From Ramazzottius varieornatus (lineage: Eukaryota; Animalia; Tardigrada): a stretch of 64,000 nucleotides of DNA. Shown here piece by piece: positions 1 to 13,359 of this stretch. Positions within the stretch are counted from its first letter, which is position 1; each line of letters opens with the position of its first letter. Location: positions 6,423,591 to 6,487,590 of the forward strand of contig BDGG01000001.1 in the NCBI GenBank assembly GCA_001949185.1, in the 5' to 3' direction. The translations under genes were made by a program, and so were the position numbers. Below the pieces are notes generated by a model. It saw nothing but the letters and a program-made list of their open reading frames with translations. It was not told where the DNA came from and ran no database searches.

Positions 1-2157
1 ACCCGATCGTGAAGGCTGGTACTGGTACTCAAACTGCAGCCGCTGAATCTTCTGCGTCTTGCGTGCCAAACAGCGCACCGCTTCCAAGGAACGACGACGC
101 ATGCCCGCCCCAGCAGGAAGTCCTCCTGTCGCTGTAATCACATAAACAAGGAACAGAATCTCTTCAATTGCTAATGTCCATTAACACTTCCGCATTCAAC
201 TTTGAGTGCGGTAATTAAACTACTGTCCATTATGCAATGGTTCATATACTCCAAACCGGAAGCTTTTAATGCTTCTCCCTTTTAATCTTCCTTTTATGGA
301 AGTTAAAATTCTGACATTTAAAAACCCGACGGACGCTCAAGTGACAGAAAACCAGACAGCATGACTCCCATACTCAAACCAGAACGGGTTTTAGAAATTA
401 AGTTATTGATTGGTCGGGATTCGACATGGTGACGAAGGACTAATTGAATTATGTCTACGTATATATCGTAGTGTTTGAACATTCCTGGAAAATGAATTTG
501 TTAATGTCTGAACTGACACTTGTCCTTCAGCAATCCACTCTCGAATTTTCCCGTGAAAGCACTTGACTGACACTCAAAGATTAATTTTGATCCATGAAAC
601 TGTCAGCAGGAAGCACTTACGCTTGCCGGTACGTGAAGAGGAGAAACTGGTCTTGCACAGCTGACTTGCGTCACAACAAAGCATCCTCAGTATCTTCTGA
701 TACGCCGCTGAGAGTTCTCTGGAACGGAATGCGTAAATGACGGGATTGATGCAGCTAGAGAGATAGAGGAAAATATATGCCTGTAAAGCAAAAATGGTTA
801 AGTGGAGAGGTAAAAAACTATGGGCGCATGTATCGATTATTAATTTCGTTTCATAATTCCTCATTCTTCCCCTTTCGCAAACAAGAAAATGACCTTGTAG
901 CGCGTCGACTACTGCATTTTTAGACCGAAAGTTCTGTAATTGAGAGCGGGGAAAACAAAATGTACAAGATCGTTTGTTATCTTGAGTGGCGCACCCTGCC
1001 AGCCGGAAGCAATAGAAACCTGCGCCATCTAAGATAATGATCTTGTACGATTAATGTTTCCTGATCCAATTAAATTACCGGACAAACTGGAGCTCATGGC
1101 TAGTTAATTTTTGATGAGATCGCTGCATCGCTGCATCATGCAAGATATAGAGCGGAAACTTGCCACAGGATTGAAGACGGATGGTACTCGGGTCTTGTCC
1201 TTGAAAAGTGCGATGGTAGTTGAGTAGGCGATGTAGGGCGCCAGGCACAGCAAGAAGGCCACGAAGATGATGATGAGCGTGATGGCAATCTTGCGTTGAC
1301 GGGCCAGAAGGTGCTTCTCCGATAACGACTGCCAGTAATCTTGCTCCACTAACCGCGAGACAGAGCGTCGGAATATACGGAAAACAGCTGTGTAACAGTA
1401 CAGAATAACAAGCAAGGGAATGAGGAAGTTGGTGGAGGAAGTCAGGATGGAATGGGATACTTCGCGGGCATTGCCTCTTTCCGGGTTTTTGGGACCACAC
1501 TATGTAAACAAAATCAACTTAGGCATGGCTTGTCACGAATGGCGCTCCGGAAAACAATTTGGTTTAGTTCATTGCCTGCGTATCATTTTATTGGAAATTT
1601 GAGGCCCTAACCTGCGTGGTTCCTGTTTTGTATTCGATGCGGGTCCATCCCGTGACCAAGGCTGTGCCGAATAACAGTCCCCAAATCCAAGCCGCTGAGA
1701 TCATGACAATGATTCGGCGGACTGGCGAACCATCGGAGAAGATATTCTTCGTGGACCAGTATTTATGGATGGAAATGTACATCAAGGAGTGGATCGAAGC
1801 TGCGGCGAACAAGGCATTCAGGAACCCGTTGACCTGACAAGCCGTTTCCCCGAGGACCCAGCCACCGTTGAAAGCTGTGATGGCCGAGAAGGGAACAGCC
1901 AGAAGACCGGTCATTAGATCAATGGTCGCCAGGTTGGCCAGTAGTATGTTTGTCCGAGTTCGCATCCTCTTGTATCGCGTGACGATGAGCAGAACCAGGA
2001 GGTTGCCCAGGACGCTCCAGATGCTCAACAAGGTGAAAACTGACCCGAGAAGGTAGTTGTAGGGAGGTTGGAAGTATGGATACGAAGATGGAATGGTTTG
2101 GTTTTCCGTCGGGTAGACAACAACAGGCTTGCCATCCAACAAAACGAAGCGATTCAT
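1..2157 (-). CDS. Orphan rhodopsin-class (class A) GPCR, multi-exon, 3' end runs off the window
   Basis: Exons approx. 2157-1612, 1499-1164, 780-621, 131-<1 join in frame. TM1 GNLLV, TM2 NLATIDL, extracellular Cys (GETAC), TM6 CLAPY and TM7 NPVIY are present. The DRY motif reads HKY. Confidence 0.9.
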
Positions 2158-2945
2158 TGTGATCACCTATCGGAGATAGATACAGCAATGGTTCGACGAA
2201 GTGAGGAGATTCAACGGATCTATAGAAAAACTATGGAAGCTCAAAGGAGTTGTTGATCACCGAGAAAATGACCAACAGTTAGAACTTGTCGGAATTCGAG
2301 GGACGCAAAGATTGGTGATGTCAGTTGATGATTTTGTGCAGCTTTGAGGATGTCTAATGACGGGCAGCCTCTTAGTACGTGATTAGCTCAAACAGCACAC
2401 CAGAGAGTACTTGGAGGACGCGGAAGATCAAGTACCCGTCAGTCTGGAAGAGGATAATTTGGGTGATGCTTCGCTGTGACGGGGTGAAATATCGAGGAAA
2501 GATTGAGGGTTGCTTACGATGCAAATGGCAGTAAAGAAGAATTTCTGCCTGAAAAATGGGTGCGAATCAACACGGTTAGTGTGTTCGCTAACAGTGAAGT
2601 TCTTTGTATTCTCCGGGTCAATGAGAGTCCTCAAGTAGAAACACGCGAGTATTAAGTACATGCACCCTAAGAAGACGGAAGTGAACCAGCAGTGATGGGA
2701 CAGTGTTTCCTATATTTATACCGAGTGACTGAGCGCACTGACAGAAAATCCCGTTCGGGCACCGGATCCGAATCGAACCGGAAGAGGCGGAAGTTCATTA
2801 AATAACAAGCGATCCTCGTACAGCTAGTACTGTAGTACCGGTACGTACTGGAACGACGTCTAACTGCACAGCATCAAACAAGCTTAGACCGATACATATG
2901 CATCCAAGGGGTCAGGCAAACGGGAAAACTGGACTATCGATAGTT

Positions 2946-4635
2946 TTAGGAATTCTTCCAGCATTTAGTCCGACGGAGAAGTTTTGTGGCCATCTCTTTG
3001 GGGGTCCGTCTCTTCGTAAGCTCTGTGGACGAGGAAAACGATATTACGGTCAGCCCGGCACGCACTAACACCAATACGACAATTTTAATCAAAGATCTTA
3101 CTTATACTGGGAGCAATCAGTACATCTTTGGCATTCGGTTTGTCCTTCTGAGCTTCGGCCTCTTTCGTTATTAGTGAATCGAAGGCCATGGCTGAAATGC
3201 GGGAAAACAAGTTTTGGACATTCTCGCCAGTCTTCGCGCTGATCGACCAGTACTCGGCTTCCATCGTTTTGGCCATCTCGACAGCTTTGCTTTCTATTCT
3301 TTTGTAACTATCCGCGGACTAGCAAACGAAAAGATCAACTACCGTCCAGGGAGCAGAACAATGACGTGGAAGAGGCTCGTAACTTACACAGAGATCCCGC
3401 TTGGTTCCGACAAGGAAAATGAAAGGCTTGCCGTTGTTCCCGTCGGTTGCGTCGTTGAGCCATCGGATGCACGACTCTAAAGTCTTGATATCTGCCAGGT
3501 CAAATACGACTACCACGACTAAAAATAAGAAGGTTGCTGGCTGAGAATAATGATATTATATATAAACAGACGCTTCAAAACAATCGTACCGTTAGCTCCG
3601 CGATAGTATGATGCTGCGATACATTTAAACCGTTCTTGACCTGCAGTATCCCATCTGAAAGAGCCCCTAACTTATTCCTATTGTGGCTTTGGCAGGCTGA
3701 AATTTAAAGTTCTCACGTGACCACGCCCAACATTTTTTCGTTGATTAGGTTGGTCCGTTGCTTACATCTGTAGGGTGAAAGGTACGTCCAATACATCGAA
3801 TCGTTCCACCTCAAAGTCAACTCCGATTGTAGCTTTGTAATCCCGGTTGAACAAGTCGTGACAAAATCTGCAAGTGAACAGTAAATTTAGCTGCAGAATC
3901 ACAGACACGTCGTTGTCAAAAGTCGTGAGCGTGATGGCAACTTAATGACGCTCATCTTTCATGTTTCTGTATAGTAATGATACATAAGACGGAGTGAAAT
4001 ATGACCGTGAGAAAAGTGAACTCGTCAGCAAACAGGCCGACGGTCGTGAAAGAACTGCGCATTGTTCGAGCGTCAATTATGAAGAGATTGCAATAAAGGC
4101 GATTATCGATGAATCACTTGCAAAATATAGGGCGTAAAAACCGGTCGCGATATTATGTTTTTTTTTGGAAATTATCGACACGATTCGCCAAAACAACGCA
4201 GCCACAGCTTCAGATCTTCTAGCACCGTTGCGCTCGGAAAGAAATACTAGAAGGAACGATAGGACATAAATCTGCAAAGTACTATGGAGCGCACCTGTGC
4301 ACAAGCGAGGTTTTGCCAACGGAGACATCCCCAACCAGAATAAGCTTCGAAATGTTCAGTTCACCATCAGAAGAGGTCTTCTTCTTCGCGGCACAGAAGT
4401 CCTTGACCGTGGAAGAAAAGCTTGAGATGGTGTATGGAGTCGCATCATCCCGGAAGGCCTAGACCAGACCAAATAAGCCGCTGGATAACGGTAAGGACCA
4501 TCATGACAGACAAGCACGGTAAAAGGAAAAGCTTACTCGCGGAAATGTGTCGATAGTTCGGTCCTTCTTGGCTTTGATCCGAATCATATTCCATTGCTCG
4601 TCGGCGCCAGTGTTCAGTCGAGTTTTCTTGGTCAT
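2946..4635 (-). CDS. Rab34/Rab36-family small GTPase, multi-exon
   Basis: Spliced motifs [49 protein letters not shown] and SAKTG; N-terminal extension typical of Rab34/36; C-terminus ...TKCWKNS. Confidence 0.9.
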
Positions 4636-5047
4636 TATGGTTGACTACAGAGTAACAGTCAATCGAAAACAGTTCTCCGGGTTGATGCGTGATCGAACAC
4701 GAGCAAAACCACGATCGCACAGAAAACAAAATATTATTTTTTCTTTTTGCGCGAGGGTAGGCAAATAAAAGAGTGTAAAACCGGAACAGCCAGAAATGAG
4801 GTATGAGATCCGACCAAAAGCGCGCTATCAGCATTACTGATACACGACATGCATATGACGCATACACAGTCTGCTGTCATATAGGAGATATTATCGAGTT
4901 GTAAACTAATATTCGTTCACGTGGTTCATGTCATACAGCAGGCGCTGCAAAGGCATTCAACTTTGCGCGCTTTGGCTCGGAGAATGTCTCGATATCGGTT
5001 ACGCCTGCAAATTAGGTAATTGTATGCTAACAAAGGGAGTTTCAGAT

Positions 5048-5662
5048 TCATCATAAGCCGGTTATGAAAACATTGTTTTTTCGTGATAGCCAAGGGTCCT
5101 GGCTATTTGTGAGCAAGCAGGAAGAACGGCCGTGGACGCCTTTCGGAATTGAAAGAAAATATCGAAAGAGTGGATATAGCCATTGTTCGCTCCGTATGGC
5201 ATCACTAAGTGCTTGGGTGTTTACTGGTACTTGTATCGTGGGTAGCATTAAGTCACCGGTAAAAGAAATGGTGGACATGTTTTCCCGAAAACTCCTACTT
5301 GTTCCGGATAAGTCAACGAAATGCTCCGATTTTCATCCAGGTTTCTTCCCATTGTAATACCTGACGGAAATGTCGATGAAAGTCAGAAAATTTCTGTGAC
5401 TAATCTGGAAACAGTAGAAGTGTTCAGGAATACATGCCCACCATTTCTGTTACCGGTGACCTAATTTTACCCACGCTACGAGGATCAGTAAACACCCAAG
5501 AGCTTTGTGGTGCCAGACGGGGTAAATAATAGCTCCACGCTTTCGAGGTGTTCTCTCGATCCAGAAAGGGGTCCGTTGGCGTTCTTCCTGCTTGCTCACA
5601 GATAGCCAGGGCCCTTGGGTATCACGAAAAACCAATGTTTTCCTAATCGGCAAATGATGATC
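5048..5662. repeat. ~600-bp imperfect palindrome (foldback/MITE-like)
   Basis: The left arm (aaaacattgttttttcgtgatagccaagggtcctggctatttgtgagcaagcaggaagaac...) matches the reverse complement of the right arm over ~290 bp, with only a short central loop. Confidence 0.9.
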
Positions 5663-6448
5663 CCGAAGGTACCCTCGTGAATATTATTCTACTGTGCGCT
5701 AATCCATGTGTAATTCACGTGACACCCAGTGCGCTCGTCAGTGGACTACGTCGGACTTGGAAACCCACTGAAGATTCTTGAACTGTAAGTGTAGCCATAT
5801 TTTCTACGTATTTACATTCCTTTTCGTCCGCCATGGATGTGCAAATATACTTAGAAACTGGGCTCAAGGTTTACCAGTTCTTTCTGCGTTTTGACCGCAG
5901 CGACCGCAGTTCTGTCGTCATGTACGTGCAATTTGCCCGTCACCACTTACAAAGAAGGCATCTTGTCCCAGGACCCACGTCCAGCTGAAGCTGATTGGCC
6001 CCTCCCAACTGCCCATACGGCAAGCAATGGAATTTGACTTGAAGGAGGAAAGTCCACCATGATCGACTCTCTGCCACAGTTTCTAGAAAAGCTTAAGCCA
6101 GTCCACCGAAAGTTTGTTGATTAGGTAGTAACAAAATCAGATAGGGCGACCGTGCGACCACGGCAAAACGGTAGCATTTCCGTTTTGCCGTACAACGTAT
6201 AAAAGCCAGACATTGTACGTAGTTGTCTGTTTTCTAAATCGAGGTCCAACAAAACTGCGTAAATTTAATCAGAGCTGACGGCTCTTCGAGTTATTCCTGG
6301 CTATAAGCGTCGACCTCTACATAAGCCTGTAGTTCTTTGATGTCATCCACCGACTGAAGCCCACCCCTTCATATTCTTTGTCTTGTAGTTACTTTGCCGA
6401 TTTTTGCCGGCCTCTGATCAACTGTACGTAACAATCCGCAGCACAAAC

Positions 6449-6820
6449 ATGCCTGTCATTGTAAATACCTCATCCGCAGTAGTCTTTGGAATCTTGGCCA
6501 TGACCACTCTTCTCTTCTTCCTAACCATTCAACCGTCGACGGCTACAGCAAAAGGTATCGCAAGCCAAATTGGAGTTACGAGTGATGCGGAAGACATTAT
6601 CGCAGCCGCCGATGGAACTGCCAGGGTGGTGCAAGCCACCGAGAATCGCCACCGTCGAGAACTGGTCAGACAAAACGCTATCAAAAGAACGAGTCCAGCC
6701 GCTAAGGTGAACAAGAAGCAAGATTATGGCGACCATCCAGCCGAAGAGGGTGAGGAAAGACGTCGTCGCTCGAACGGAGAGCGGACAGCCGTACAAAACG
6801 ACGATAACAGATTTGCCTAA
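6449..6820 (+). CDS. Small secreted precursor-like protein (123 aa)
   Basis: Hydrophobic N-terminal signal segment (VVFGILAMTTLLFFLTI), then basic cleavage-like sites RHRR, KR, KK and RRRR. A TATA-like tataag lies at ~6302. Confidence 0.6.
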   Translation: MPVIVNTSSAVVFGILAMTTLLFFLTIQPSTATAKGIASQIGVTSDAEDIIAAADGTARVVQATENRHRRELVRQNAIKRTSPAAKVNKKQDYGDHPAEEGEERRRRSNGERTAVQNDDNRFA

Positions 6821-7131
6821 TATTGCAGACCATTTGAGCCGCCAGCTCAACATTTCAGAAGAGCTGCAACGCTGCTCCCAACTTTGGCTCTGGGCAGTTT
6901 TCTTCTACTTTGCATTAGTCCACGTATTCGTCTCATAACTGGTGGTTGACGTCACCACCGGCCCGCGTGAACTGTTTTATTCTCGCTACTCGTTTCATTT
7001 CGTGCTGTAGATACATCGGACAAATGTGTCTTTATCCGCTGTAAAATTACTTCACTTTCATCCCCTTAAAAATCCAAGTGCAATCACACGGACTGTTCGA
7101 GAGATCGCCGTGAAAACGATCCTCGCAGTGA

Positions 7132-10100
7132 CTATTTGCGAGAAGTGGTGCTCTTGTAGTGACCGCTAACTTCATTATCACTGCTGGAGTATTCTTCCAT
7201 CTGTCTTCTGTACGACGCAGCCTTTTGGCTGTTGCTCTCTTCCTCCTCCTCCGAACTTTCTCCCTCATCACTCAAGTCACTTTCGCTTCCGTATCGTATC
7301 TCCTCCTCTGTCGGGAACCTAACTTTCTTGATATCGAAACTAGAGGTCCTTTCTACGTTTAACAGAACCTGTTCCAGTCGTGCCTCCTGGTTCCGACTAA
7401 GCAGTTCCTCGATCATTGCTTCAAAGTCCGTCGGGAACTGGTTTTCTTGCAGCCAGAACTCTTGGATATGGTAAGCATGCGTCAGTGCCTCTTGCAGCTT
7501 CCTCCCTTCTACAAGTCCCTCCAACTTGTTCACGGACAGATCGTACTTCTCCAGCCGTTTGTTCACTTTCATGCTTTCCGTCAGTAGATCAACGATTCTT
7601 CCTGTTATCCTATTGGCACTCAAGTTCAGCTGCTCCACAAATGTGATACAACTTTTGGTCACCAAGAGCAATGCTTCTGCTCCAACGTCACCAATCTGGT
7701 TACACCGTAGGTTCAACACTCTGAGGGAGATACCTCGAACCAGTGACTTGGCTAATTCTTTGGCGCCATCGTCGCCCAAGTGGTTGTCACTCAAGTCAAC
7801 CTTGTTCAAAACTTCACTTCGTTTGATCATCTTGGCCACAACCGCCGCTGTTTCTTTTCCCAGGTTATTACACTGCAGTTCCAAGATGGCCAAGTTTGGA
7901 TGATCAAGCAAAGCCTGACAAACAATTGCCCCTTTGGCGTCGTCGATGCGAGAATTTGTCAAGCTGAGCCTTCGCAACGAGGAAGTGAGGACCAGCGCTT
8001 CGGCCAGCCGCTTGGCATCGTTCAGAGTGAATTGGTACAGGCGCCAGCTGAAGTTCATCCCGCATTCCTTTACTCCGTACCGCAGCTCGAGGTCCATCAG
8101 GTGAGGCATGTTGGCAAGGACGGGGACTAGGTTGATGTGGTCGGCTGCGAGGAAGGGATTCATGGTCCGCGGATGTGCCGGTGTGTCGTCCAAGTCACGA
8201 GTCATGTTGAACACCATCTTGTCCATTTCATCCACTCCGCGGTTGAAATCCAGCTCGCGGTTGATTAAGCGTTGAAACTTTAGCTTCGCTTTCTCACTCC
8301 AACCACCTATGGGTAAAATATTCCTGGTGGCGAAAAGCTGGGACATGAGCAACTGGACTGAACCAGACCTTTATCTGAAGTGGTGCACGTGTTCATTGGT
8401 ATTTGCTGAAGACATACACCGCTTGGGTAAACAAGCGAACTCGACAAGATCGTAGCGCACTCTTTACAGCCAACAACACTATACAGTATTTGTGAGTGTG
8501 TGCCGCTCAAAATAACGATCTGATTTAGTCCATTAATAGTCCTCCTCACGACGAGCTGTTTATGTCGCAAACGGTTGATTTAAAATTTGAGCTTGCTTGA
8601 TCAACGGAAACTAGTCATGACTGAGGCAAAATTGCGTTTTTCGAAAGTCTCGGAAACGGGAGCGGAAATGCGCGAGTTTTGCGGGGTATGTTTGTAGGCA
8701 AACTTTGCCTCCTAACCAGGCTGAAATTCATGGTTTTCTCTCTGGCTAGTCTCTGTCTGTCGATATCCCCGACACTAATAGGTATCAAGAAGCCTATATG
8801 TGAAACGGTATCTCGCAACGTGAAGCACTGTGCAGACAGAAATCAGCGAGAAATGAAAATTTGAATATTTCAGTCAAGTGTGCAGAGAATAATCCGTTTC
8901 GCTTTCGAGATAAGCTACTCGAGGGCTGCTTATCTTGAAGCGAAACTTCGTAATCCACTTTCAAGATCAACACAATCAACGGAGTTTACGGCCTGTCGTG
9001 AGGAGGAATAATATTTCCCTCGTCCCTATTGCTGCACAGGTAGAATCCAGATTCTACCTTGATTTTTGACAGCAGGGAAGTCAATGGTAGCTTTCCCTTC
9101 CGGGTCGACCATTCGCTTCAGCTCCTCTGTCAAAGGTACTTCCTTCAAAACTTTGCTCCTCCTTTCCGTTACATCCGTTGCAATAATCCCTTCGGCTTGT
9201 GTTTTCTCATACGGTTCCGTGCAGCGCACATGGTTTGTCATCTGGGCTTCGACCAAGGCGGCAAAGTCGCCGAAGGTGTGTCGGACAGGTGGCAGCAACT
9301 GATTGACTTTCAACCGCAGGACGTATTCGCCGATATTCAACAGGTCGTTCAGCAGAATATTCGGATCAGACTGCAGCGGTACATAGTGCTCGATCATCTG
9401 TTGGAATGACCGCTCGATGTATGTTAACTTCCAGCTGCAATGCGAATGCGGGAAAGTCTTGGGACCCCAACGGAGTTTGCATGAGCGTTGCCAGTAGTCC
9501 TCATTATGAAAGTAGTCAGCAGATAAGTACAGGTTGGTCTCGGACACGGGTGGGAGGTCGTTCACGAAGCGCTGTTGTATTTCCTTGGGTAGTGCGGCCA
9601 TGTGGTAGGGCATATCTTGGAAATATGCCTGGATAGTCTGCAGACAGATTTCGGAGAGGCGGTCGATTATGCCGAGCTTCCACGTAGGATCTTCCGGAAA
9701 GATACGTTGAAAATGCCCGTTGAAGCTGGGCTTCTTATTTCCGTCTTCGCCATCTACAGACGAAAAATCCTCAAGAATGTGGTAAACCAGACCAATACGA
9801 TAATTTGCTCCTTCAGGTAAAACTTGCTTTGACCTTCATCTTCCGCTTTTTTATTGTGCTTGATTTCCGGCAGTGGCGGCAAGTGGGATCCGACTCCCAT
9901 AAACTCTCTCCGTAGATTGTTGATCTTCGAGGGATTTTCATCCGGAAACGTATACTCATACAACGCTGGTTTCCTGTTGACTCTCGACATAATTACTTTA
10001 GGTTCAAGCTCCTCCCTCGATCTTGCTTTGTACGGATGTCGATATCGCAACGGAACCGGTAGGAGCTGCTGCCGCGCGGCTTTCCGATCTGCGCCACCAG

Positions 10101-10494
10101 CACCACTTTTGAGCTGATTTTGAATGTACGCGGAGAGATCTTCCAGAGTCGATTCATCCGGTTTACTGGCAGTAGCTTTCAGGTTACTCTTTCTAGCAGT
10201 ATCACCGAATAACCCATCGCGGTCAGCGTCTTCCTCGCGGAGTTCAGGCAGCGCTTTGGTGAGGACTTCTTGACGGATGTTGTCAAGCGCGGCTTTGACA
10301 GGATCCTTCGGGGCGTTGGGGACCTTTTCAGACACATAGGAGTGGCTTTGGCCGCGAGCAATAGAAATAAAGGTTGGGTCGATGCCAAGGGAAGAAGAAA
10401 GACGATGGATGGGATTATCAGTGATGTTCCCGACAAAGGAGCTTCCCGAACGTATAGACAATTTATCAAGTGCAGCACTGTTTACCACACTCAT
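7132..10494 (-). CDS. TCTE1: Dynein regulatory complex subunit 5 / TCTE1-like LRR protein (3 exons)
   Basis: RIFPEDPTWKLGIIDRLSEICLQ and LELRYGVKECGMNFSWRLYQFT match DRC5 signature blocks, followed by RNI-like LRRs and an acidic tail. Exons approx. 10494-9800, 9753-9058, 8357-7132. Confidence 0.85.
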
Positions 10495-13359
10495 TCTTAG
10501 AAAAGTTGACCAAAGTTATCCCAGAAGGAACCTTATTGCTGAGGAACAGAATCGCCTTCACAAGCTAGCACGCGCTGTTCCAGACTTCAGTTTACGTCTA
10601 GCACATTGCATTTCATGGAAAAAACCGTATACGTACGTCATGATCAGCAGGAATTCCGGAACAGGTGGTCTTCTCGCAATCGAAGCTTCCGAGCTTTTCC
10701 CTGCCAACGCCCGTCGACATGTCCCATTCTCGGCAGAAACTCGAAATTGAAGACTCGTCTAAAGCAGAAAGTCAAGAGGGAATATTGGTCAGCATAATGG
10801 GTGACGCCTAGATGAAGAAACTCAGAAGTCGGAAACGAAGATAATGGATCGGCCCAAGCCATCTGTTACACCTACAGTTCATACTCAGGAAAGTCAGAGC
10901 TTCCGAACCCTCTTGTCAGAACTGCTTCTCAAATGGAAAACGCAGCCAACGGTACCGACTATGACTGCGTAGACAGCGTTGATCTGTTTATCACGGAGCC
11001 CCGGCTTCCGAGGTGAGAAGCGCTTGGGGTTCAAGAGTCAAAACGTCTCTGCATTCTGCAATGACACGCAGTTCAGCTTGCCCTGCGTCAAGTAAATACG
11101 AAAACCCGCGTCTGCTTCATTCCTCATGAGTCATTGCAATGCACAATGAATTTTTCCAAATTTGTACCGAACAAAAAAGGGTATCCCGGATCTAAAAAAG
11201 CCTGTTTTCAAACATCAGACCGGCTAAAATTCCAAGGAAAGAAACACAGAAAACGCAATTTTCATTCTGTCAAGAAAAGCTTTTTCTGTGTCCGAAAACA
11301 GGCAGTTTTGGAACACGGATTAGTGTTTATTCTATATCAGAAAAACTCTGAATTGGCTATCTTTTCGAGCAAAAAAACAGGCTTAATTCGAGCAAAGATT
11401 TGACTGTTTTTCCAAGCTTTTCCAAGTTTTTCCAGAGACGAAAAACATGATTTCTGATAAGAAAAATTTAATTTCACCGAAATGCAACCGCTCTAAGCCT
11501 CATGAAGCACTACAACACGACGAGTCTGAAACTGCACAGAATATAGGGGAAAGATGGACGAAGATTAGGGGGAGCCATGCGTATAAAAAACTGGAGATCG
11601 TGTATCCTGACGCATCATGTCGAGCTCGAACAACTCCAAAATATGCAACAGTATAAGCGAGAAAAAGCAGATAAGCACAGACAAGCTAGGCAAGAGACGT
11701 TCCTTTCCGACTGCAGCTGGGATGACCTGCGGAAAAAAAAGTAATCAGCCGTCAAGCAGCTAGAATTTACGCCAGCCTATATCTGAAATTCTGTCTACCT
11801 AAAACTAATTGACGCTATGCGTCAGACTGCTTACTTGATGGAACCCCGATCTCGTTCGTCAGATCGGCTCTCCGTCGTGGTTGATAATGGTTCATGAGAC
11901 CCTTGATTTTCAGCTCCAGAGCAAAGTCTCGTCACCTCGCCAAAAGCAGTACTCACACACAACGCACAGCTTATGGAAGTTGATCGAGACAGCGATCGGT
12001 TTCTTAGGAAAAGCAAGACGTTCCAAGGGACAAAATTCAAAATGGCCGCTTGCCCGAAACAGAAGTGTTGAATCAAGCCAAGCGTGGTTGATTCAAGCCA
12101 GGAAAATTCCCAGCTGTATGACTGAGGCCCCGCCTCCATCCGTTCCCTGATTGATATGCGTTTTCTCAGTGCGTACGACCGAACTGCCTCAAAAATCAGC
12201 CACAAAACAAAACAAGCTACATGATCGGCTACAGAGTCGCTCTGCTTTGATATAGCAGTGCGCGACTGAATCGTGCAGTTTTTACCGGGTATATGCCTCT
12301 TTCATCGCAACGTTTTCGCCACATCAACTCCAGGCCGAAAGTCAAACGCATTGTTGCGAAAACGCTGGTGCAAACAGTGGAAGTCAGACTAACAACGGCA
12401 GTTATAGACCTCTGATTACAGCATTCTTTCGCGTAAATGTGACGACAAATTGTCTATGTCTTGATTTACGCAGTTTCCACTTCTCGCTGTTAGACACGAC
12501 GGAAAGTCGGAAACTGCGTCGTTGCTGTGCCACCGGACGCTTGATCGCGCAATGGCTGTGCTCTTAGTCTTTCCTTTGCTTTACGAGCGAGTAATGTGCG
12601 CACTCCCGCTCAGACGCCAAGGTCGCCCAATGTGGGCCAAGTTCCTCAAGAGTGCTGTTTGTAACTGTTGGTTTGTTTGTTTTTCTTTACTCATTCACCA
12701 CCTATTGTAGAAAGACGTCTCATCAATAAAGCAAAGTGCCACTTCTCACTGACTTCAGAAGGTAACACCACAGAGTGAAGTGAAAATCTCCATACCGTTA
12801 GCATCATAGCGATCCATTGATACACGACAAAGAGTACGGCCGCAAACATCGCTGCGCATTACCTTTATTCAATCGCATCACTTCTACCCGAGTACCTATC
12901 CGAATGATACAAAGCTAATCCGTTAGATCAAACTTGGAAACCCAATGAATTTCTGACGTGCAATAAATCCTCGGCTGGGATACCTGCAAGTCCGAAAAAC
13001 ACCTGGACAATGTTGGGCGCATTATTTTCCCTGAGGTTATCGTTGCAGCCAGGTAAGGATTATTTCTTCAAATGTGACTGTGAAATCCATTTTGTATGTA
13101 AGGTTACTCAGCGGTGTCTAAAGAAGAACAGAAGGATTAACGCGCTATAAAGCCTCGGCGAATCCACAGGTTCTTCGGCTGGTTCTGCTTAGCTGATCAA
13201 GCATGTTTTGATCGTAAAGCTAGATCGCCGCTTTTACAGCCTTATCCGTTGATAACTTTGCGTTAATAATCGTTTTACCGATCCCTTCTGTGCACTAACT
13301 TTCGTCTACCTAGCAGACATGTCCTTCTCACGGTTGCACGTTCTTATCTTGCAGCTTCT

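Noticed and set aside
621-2157. GPCR as an opsin
   Set aside because: The position equivalent to retinal-binding K296 in TM7 (FLYLSSCINP) is Tyr.
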